The notes below the pieces were generated by a model, which was not told where the DNA came from, made no database searches, and saw only the letters and a program-made list of their open reading frames with translations. A stretch of DNA of 64,000 nucleotides from Bacteroidales bacterium Bact_19. GTDB taxonomy: Bacteria > Bacteroidota > Bacteroidia > Bacteroidales > ML635J-15. This document shows, in pieces, positions 59,040-64,000 of the stretch (position 1 is its first letter; the number at the start of each line of letters is the position of its first letter). The stretch lies in assembly GCA_001603595.1 (NCBI GenBank), contig LUZK01000016.1, forward strand, positions 20,408 through 84,407, read 5' to 3'. Both the position numbers and the translations under genes were made by a program.

Positions 59040-60185
59040 ATGAGTAATAGAATTATTGCACATTTCGATTTAGACAGTTTTTTCGTTTCAGTGGAACGGC
59101 TACAAAACAGCAAGTTGAACGGGTTACCCGTAATTATATCAGGAGGATCAGATCGGAGTGTTGTTTCGTCGTGTAGCTACGAAGCTCGAAAATACGGAGT
59201 ACGATCTGGAATGCCGGTAAAAATGGCAAAATATCTTTGTCCCGAGGCTGTATTTATAAAAGGAGACATGGAAAGATACACATATTACTCACGAATTGTT
59301 ACGGACATAATTGCAGAACAAGCTCCGGTGTATGAAAAATCGAGTATAGACGAGCATTATATAGATGTCAGTGGACTTGACAAGTTTTTTGGAACGATAA
59401 AATGGACAAAAGAACTACGAAAAAAAATAATTAACGAAATCGGGTTACCGATATCGGCTGGAATTTCAGTAAATAAAACTGTTGCAAAAATTGCTACGGG
59501 AGAAGCTAAGCCTATGGGCGAAATGGTTGTTGATAAACCTGTTGTTAATATGTTTCTTGATCCTCTGCCCGTAAAAAAAATTCCTATGATTGGAATAAAA
59601 ACACAAAATATTCTTAAATCAATGGGAATACAAAAAATCAAAACATTACGTGAAATGCCGGTATTATTAGTTGAAAGACTTTTAGGTAAAAATGGGATAT
59701 CTATTTGGGAAAAAGCAAACGGGATAGACAACAGTCCTGTAATATCATATCACGAACAAAAATCACTCGGGGCAGAAACGACTTTTGAAGAAGACTGCTC
59801 AGACATAAAACTAATGACTGAAATAATTTCTGAAATGACAACAAATTTATCTTTCAGGCTAAGGAAAGATCAGTGGTTAACATCTTGTTTAACAGTAAAA
59901 ATAAGATATTCGGATTTTGATACACACACCATTCAAAAAAATATTCCATACACTGCGTTCGATCATATTTTAATACCTATTGCAAAAGAATTATTTCAAA
60001 AATTATATACACGCCGTGTTATGATAAGATTAATAGGTGTTCGGTTTTCGAATCTTGTAAGAGGAGTTCCTCAGCTGAATTTATTTGAAGATACCACTGA
60101 AATGATAAATTTATACAGAAGTATTGATTATTTAAAAAAAAAGTACGGAGACAGAATTATAAGAAAAGGTTTTTCGTGGCATTAA
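59040..60185 (+). CDS. dinB: DNA polymerase IV (Y-family)
   Basis: IAHFDLDSFFVSVE, SIDEHYIDV and the little-finger C-terminus. 381 aa. Confidence 0.93.
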   Translation: MSNRIIAHFDLDSFFVSVERLQNSKLNGLPVIISGGSDRSVVSSCSYEARKYGVRSGMPVKMAKYLCPEAVFIKGDMERYTYYSRIVTDIIAEQAPVYEKSSIDEHYIDVSGLDKFFGTIKWTKELRKKIINEIGLPISAGISVNKTVAKIATGEAKPMGEMVVDKPVVNMFLDPLPVKKIPMIGIKTQNILKSMGIQKIKTLREMPVLLVERLLGKNGISIWEKANGIDNSPVISYHEQKSLGAETTFEEDCSDIKLMTEIISEMTTNLSFRLRKDQWLTSCLTVKIRYSDFDTHTIQKNIPYTAFDHILIPIAKELFQKLYTRRVMIRLIGVRFSNLVRGVPQLNLFEDTTEMINLYRSIDYLKKKYGDRIIRKGFSWH

Positions 60186-60767
60186 TTAGATACTATCCTT
60201 ATCTAGATCAGGTTCATAAAAATCCGATGAAAAATATTCATTAACTTTCTGTATTGAAAAATCAAGGAAAGAAAGTTTCTGAGGTTCTTTTCCAAATTTA
60301 TACATTATTATATCAGCATGTGATTTTTTTCTGTTGACAAAAAAATCATTTCCAACAACTTCGAGCCAAAGAATAGATTTATCGCAATAAAAGTTCTTTA
60401 TTCCCAAACTATCAAGTAAAATTGCTATTTCGGCAGCCGATTCCATTTTAAATCTCAGTACATCTATATATGAATCCGGATTTTGCTTTTTCATTTGTTC
60501 TATATCTAGACTATCCGGCCAGAGAAAAATAACACAATCTTCGGCTATGTAAAGTGTATCGCTCTTTTGCTGATAGTTCTGAATTATGGGATCATCAAAA
60601 TAATCATCGGTAAAATTCATTTTAACAGCAGAAATATCCTCGATAGAATCATTTATATTTAAGGTAGAATCTTCAACAATCTCATTAGCGGTAGAGGATT
60701 TACCACCCGAATTACAGGCAATAAAGCTAATTGAAAAAACAAAAAAAATATAAAAAATATTTTTCAT
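60186..60767 (-). CDS. hypothetical lipoprotein
   Basis: Signal peptide with lipobox FIAC. Its stop abuts the dinB stop. No family recognised. Confidence 0.55.
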   Translation of the reverse strand: MKNIFYIFFVFSISFIACNSGGKSSTANEIVEDSTLNINDSIEDISAVKMNFTDDYFDDPIIQNYQQKSDTLYIAEDCVIFLWPDSLDIEQMKKQNPDSYIDVLRFKMESAAEIAILLDSLGIKNFYCDKSILWLEVVGNDFFVNRKKSHADIIMYKFGKEPQKLSFLDFSIQKVNEYFSSDFYEPDLDKDSI

Positions 60768-61057
60768 CTATCCTATTATAAAATAATTTCAAAATTACAG
60801 ATATTTTAATTCAATAGAGTTTTTTTATACTATTTTTTTAGCTATTTAAGAAAATTTTATTTGGAAATTGAAAATCTTTTTTATTTTTTTGTGTATGAAA
60901 GAGGTTGAAATATGACAGACTTAAAAGTAATGTCAATATTAGCAGTTTTTGTCTACCGCAACATTAAAGAAAGGGATGCATTTCCTTTATTCTAATTCTC
61001 ATTTCCCCATTTTTAAAATCAAAAAAAATTATTGTGTAATTTTTAAAATTAAATGTT

Positions 61058-62437
61058 ATGGAATTACCATTTTGCGAATCATATAAAATCAAAATGATTG
61101 AGCAGTTAAATCGCAGCACCAGAGAAGAAAGAATAGAATGGATAAAAGTAGCCAAATATAATTTATTCAAATTAACTAGTGATCAAGTTTTCATTGATCT
61201 ATTGACCGACAGCGGCACAGGAGCCATGAGCGACAGGCAATGGGCAGCAATTATGACCGGTGATGAATCTTATGCCGGAGCTCGCAGCTTTTTTGAATTA
61301 AAAAACCGCATAACTCAGTTAATGAGTTTTGAATATGTGTTGCCTACACATCAAGGAAGAGCGGCCGAAAATGTTTTGTTTTCGGTATTAATGAAAGAAG
61401 GCATGGTTGTTCCCGGCAACTCGCATTTCGACACAACAAAAGGTCATATAGAGTTCAGGAGAGCCAAAGCCATAGATTGCACTATTGACGAAGCATGTGA
61501 CACTTCATTGAATCATCCTTTTAAAGGAAATATTGACCTTGAAAAACTTGAGAAAGTTTACAAAGAATATCCCCGTGAAATGATTCCATGTTGTATTGTT
61601 ACAGTTACATGCAACACTTCGGGAGGGCAACCGGTTTCGATCGAAAATTTAAAAGCTGTTTATGAATTAAGTCATAAATACGGTATCCCGGTATTGTTTG
61701 ATTCTGCGCGTTTTGCTGAAAATGCATACTTTATCAAACTTAGAGAACCTGCATACAAAGAATGGACTATAAAACAAATTGTCCGCGAAATGTATAAATA
61801 TGCCGATATGGCTACCATGAGTTCGAAAAAAGATGGACTTGTTAATATTGGAGGATTTATTGCCACTAACAATGAAGAGATTTACAGAAAAGCATGTACT
61901 TTCAACATAATGTTCGAAGGTTATGTTACTTACGGAGGCATGGCAGGAAGAGATATGGCTGCTTTAGCGGTAGGTCTCGACGAAAGTACAGAATTTGATT
62001 ATCTTGAAACCAGAATTAAACAAGTTGAGTATCTTGGTAACAAACTTATAGAATACGGAATTCCAATACAATATCCTATTGGTGGACATGCTATTTTTGT
62101 TGATGCAACTAAATTTTTACCTAATGTTCCAAAAGAGCAATTTATAGCTCAAACTCTTGGAATAGAGTTATACATCGAAGGGGGAATAAGAGGTGTTGAG
62201 ATTGGGACTATACTTGCCGACCGTGATCCTGAAACCCGGCAAAACAGATATCCAAAACTCGAACTATTAAGACTTGCTATTCCGCGTCGAGTTTACACTA
62301 ATAATCACATGGACTATATTGCTGCAGCACTTAAAAATGTTTATGACAGACGCTTCGAAATAAACAAAGGTTACGAAATTGTGTGGGAAGCTCCTATTAT
62401 GAGACATTTCACAGTAGAACTTAAAAAAGTTGTATAA
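61058..62437 (+). CDS. tnaA: tryptophanase (beta-eliminating lyase family)
   Basis: DLLTDSGTGAMS, DSARFAENAYFIK and PLP-lysine SSKKDGLVNIGG. HFDTTKGH carries the Asp seen in tryptophanases where tyrosine phenol-lyases have Thr. Confidence 0.85.
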   Translation: MELPFCESYKIKMIEQLNRSTREERIEWIKVAKYNLFKLTSDQVFIDLLTDSGTGAMSDRQWAAIMTGDESYAGARSFFELKNRITQLMSFEYVLPTHQGRAAENVLFSVLMKEGMVVPGNSHFDTTKGHIEFRRAKAIDCTIDEACDTSLNHPFKGNIDLEKLEKVYKEYPREMIPCCIVTVTCNTSGGQPVSIENLKAVYELSHKYGIPVLFDSARFAENAYFIKLREPAYKEWTIKQIVREMYKYADMATMSSKKDGLVNIGGFIATNNEEIYRKACTFNIMFEGYVTYGGMAGRDMAALAVGLDESTEFDYLETRIKQVEYLGNKLIEYGIPIQYPIGGHAIFVDATKFLPNVPKEQFIAQTLGIELYIEGGIRGVEIGTILADRDPETRQNRYPKLELLRLAIPRRVYTNNHMDYIAAALKNVYDRRFEINKGYEIVWEAPIMRHFTVELKKVV

Positions 62438-62463
62438 AAATATAAAGTAGAAATAAAACAGCC

Positions 62464-62495
62464 AGTGGTCGTAAGAAATTTCGACCACTTTTTTT
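62464..62495 (+). terminator. rho-independent terminator of tnaA
   Basis: AGTGGTCG-N10-CGACCACT followed by a T7 run. Confidence 0.7.
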
Positions 62496-62516
62496 ATTTT
62501 TGCAAAAAATTTTTTA

Positions 62517-63164
62517 ATGACTAAAAAGTTAATAATTTTTCTGATATTAGTAGGAACTTTTTGTTATTGTAAAAATCATACATCAGATACAAACTTCCGT
62601 TTAAAAAATGGGGATTTAATTTTTCAAGTTTCGGAAGAATCTGATTTTACAAAAGCTATACACAATTCTACAGGAAACAATAGAAATTTATCCTTTTCGC
62701 ATGTTGGTATTATTTACCTGCATAACGACAGTATTTTTGTTATTGATGCAGTTCCGGGAGATGGTGTTAGAAAGATAAGATTAGACGATTTTTTAAATGA
62801 ATCTTCTAAAAGTAAAGAAGGAAATCCTTTAGTGTGTATTTACAGGTATAAAGATATAGAAGCGGCAAAAGATGCTGTTCAAAATGCGATTAAGTATATC
62901 GGATACAATTACGATTCTGTTTTTTTACAGAACAATAATGCATTTTATTGTTCAGAGCTTGTATATGAATGTTTTGTTAAGGATGATAAGCATCTTTTTG
63001 AGACAGTTCCAATGAACTTTAAAGACAAGGCAGGTAATTTTGATCCTTTCTGGATTGAATATTATAGGAAGCTTGATGTTCCAATACCACAAGATTGTTC
63101 TGGAACAAATCCAAATCAACTATCAGAAGACAAAAATCTATACGAAGTATTTAGGTATTTCTAA
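62517..63164 (+). CDS. YiiX-like permuted papain/NlpC-P60-type cysteine hydrolase lipoprotein
   Basis: Lipobox FCYC. NGDLIFQ...SHVGII...FYCSELVYECF is the His-before-Cys permuted arrangement. Confidence 0.7.
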   Translation: MTKKLIIFLILVGTFCYCKNHTSDTNFRLKNGDLIFQVSEESDFTKAIHNSTGNNRNLSFSHVGIIYLHNDSIFVIDAVPGDGVRKIRLDDFLNESSKSKEGNPLVCIYRYKDIEAAKDAVQNAIKYIGYNYDSVFLQNNNAFYCSELVYECFVKDDKHLFETVPMNFKDKAGNFDPFWIEYYRKLDVPIPQDCSGTNPNQLSEDKNLYEVFRYF

Positions 63165-63183
63165 TGCAGTATTGAATAGAAAA

Positions 63184-63203
63184 AGCCTGAAATTCAGGCT
63201 TTT
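63184..63203. terminator. bidirectional rho-independent terminator
   Basis: AGCCTGA-AAT-TCAGGCT flanked by an A-run and a T-run, between convergent genes. Confidence 0.7.
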
Positions 63204-63204
63204 A

Positions 63205-63777
63205 TTATAATCTTTCTTCAATTTTTTTCCAGTCAACTATATTCCAGAAATTTTCGAGATATTTTGGCCTTAAATTTTGATAATCGAGGTAATAAGCGTG
63301 TTCCCAAACATCAGCAGTTAAAAGAGGTATATCTTCGGTAGTGATTGGTGTACCTGCATTTGAAGTCCCCAAAATTTTTAGTTCTCCACTTTTATCAACT
63401 ACCAACCAGGCCCAAGCAGAACCAAATAATCCGGCGGCAACTGCATTAAACTCTTCCTTAAATTTTTCTAATGATCCCCATTTTGCATTAATCATGTCTG
63501 CCAGTTTACCTGAGGGTTCTTTTTGTGGTACAGCAGAAAAACCTTCCCAGTAGAATGTATGATTCCACACTTGAGCAGCATTATTAAATATCGCTCCTTC
63601 AGACGTTTTAATAATTTCCTCGAGAGTTTTCCCCTCAAAAGAAGTACCTTCAATTAAAGAATTAAGTTTATTAACATAACCTTGATGATGTTTAGTATAA
63701 TGAAACTCAACTGTGCGAGCACTAATGTATGGCTCTAAAGCATTCATTTCGTAAGGTAATTTTGGCAATTCTATCAT
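63205..63777 (-). CDS. Fe/Mn superoxide dismutase
   Basis: [17 protein letters not shown]-terminus and the [13 protein letters not shown] metal-binding signature. 190 aa. Confidence 0.93.
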   Translation of the reverse strand: MIELPKLPYEMNALEPYISARTVEFHYTKHHQGYVNKLNSLIEGTSFEGKTLEEIIKTSEGAIFNNAAQVWNHTFYWEGFSAVPQKEPSGKLADMINAKWGSLEKFKEEFNAVAAGLFGSAWAWLVVDKSGELKILGTSNAGTPITTEDIPLLTADVWEHAYYLDYQNLRPKYLENFWNIVDWKKIEERL

Positions 63778-64000
63778 AGCTATTAGTTTTAAGATTTACA
63801 TTTCTGAACAACTAAAATATAAAAATGTTCGCAAAAAATAACAACAAAAAAGCAATTTATATTTATTCTAAATTATTATAGGCAAGGTATATACAAATCT
63901 TTTTTCGGATTTATGCACAAGACTGGAATACTTTTATTATTAGAAATAATATCCGTTTCGGGTAATCCGAAAATTTTATTGAATAAATTTTCATTTTTTG

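Noticed and set aside
60912-60995. A 27-codon ORF upstream of tnaA as a TnaC-like regulatory leader peptide.
   Set aside because: It has no Trp codon, no obvious ribosome-stalling motif and no clear attenuator hairpin after it. It is indistinguishable from a chance ORF in AT-rich DNA.
63917-63994. A 25-codon minus-strand ORF and the hairpin TTTCGG-GTAAT-CCGAAA (about 63955-63971) near the right edge.
   Set aside because: The ORF is too short and family-less to call. The hairpin may be the terminator of a minus-strand gene lying beyond the window, which cannot be evaluated here.

Overview
This window is 64 kb of AT-rich bacterial chromosome (about one-third GC by eye) with clear Bacteroidota hallmarks. 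There are three large type IX secretion (T9SS) cargo proteins. Two carry type A Por-tail sorting domains; one carries a type B gliding-motility C-terminal domain and is preceded by a PorP/SprF gene. Other hallmarks are DUF1573 and DUF3078 proteins, many lipoproteins, and TAnnTTTG -7 promoter boxes in front of several genes and both tRNA loci. Coding density is high and most genes are housekeeping or envelope functions: alaS, mnmE, rpsF-rpsR-rplI, glpK, ligA, dinB, tnaA, an Fe/Mn superoxide dismutase, YggS, YjbQ, MscS and an ADP-forming acetate-CoA ligase. There is also an agmatinase plus deoxyhypusine-synthase-like polyamine pair, and a small amino-sugar operon (DegT aminotransferase, Gfo/Idh/MocA oxidoreductase, GT2, B12-radical SAM). 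Three tRNAs are present (Arg-CCG, Gly-GCC, Leu-TAA). I saw no rRNA, CRISPR array, prophage or recognisable defence island, and I did not find a clear-cut novel multi-gene system. Five observations seem most worth follow-up. (i) Two old, diverged paralogs of an IS1595-type zinc-ribbon transposase-like protein appear to lack the catalytic acidic residues and sit in gene-like rather than IS-like contexts; one shares a 19-24 nt upstream motif with an orphan site next to tRNA-Arg. (ii) A perfect CTGT-N8-ACAG (LexA/SOS-box-like) palindrome lies between one of those genes and dinB. (iii) Two multi-lesion broken genes flank alaS: a sodium:solute symporter with two frameshifts, and a PQQ-like beta-propeller gene with an in-frame TAA plus an A9 frameshift. 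(iv) A 3 x 207 bp near-identical tandem repeat sits inside a 2008-aa gingipain-like (C25) T9SS protein. (v) An ankyrin-repeat protein is fused to what looks like an outer-membrane beta-barrel. All protein family calls come from motif recognition by eye, not from database searches, and several start codons were re-picked by eye.
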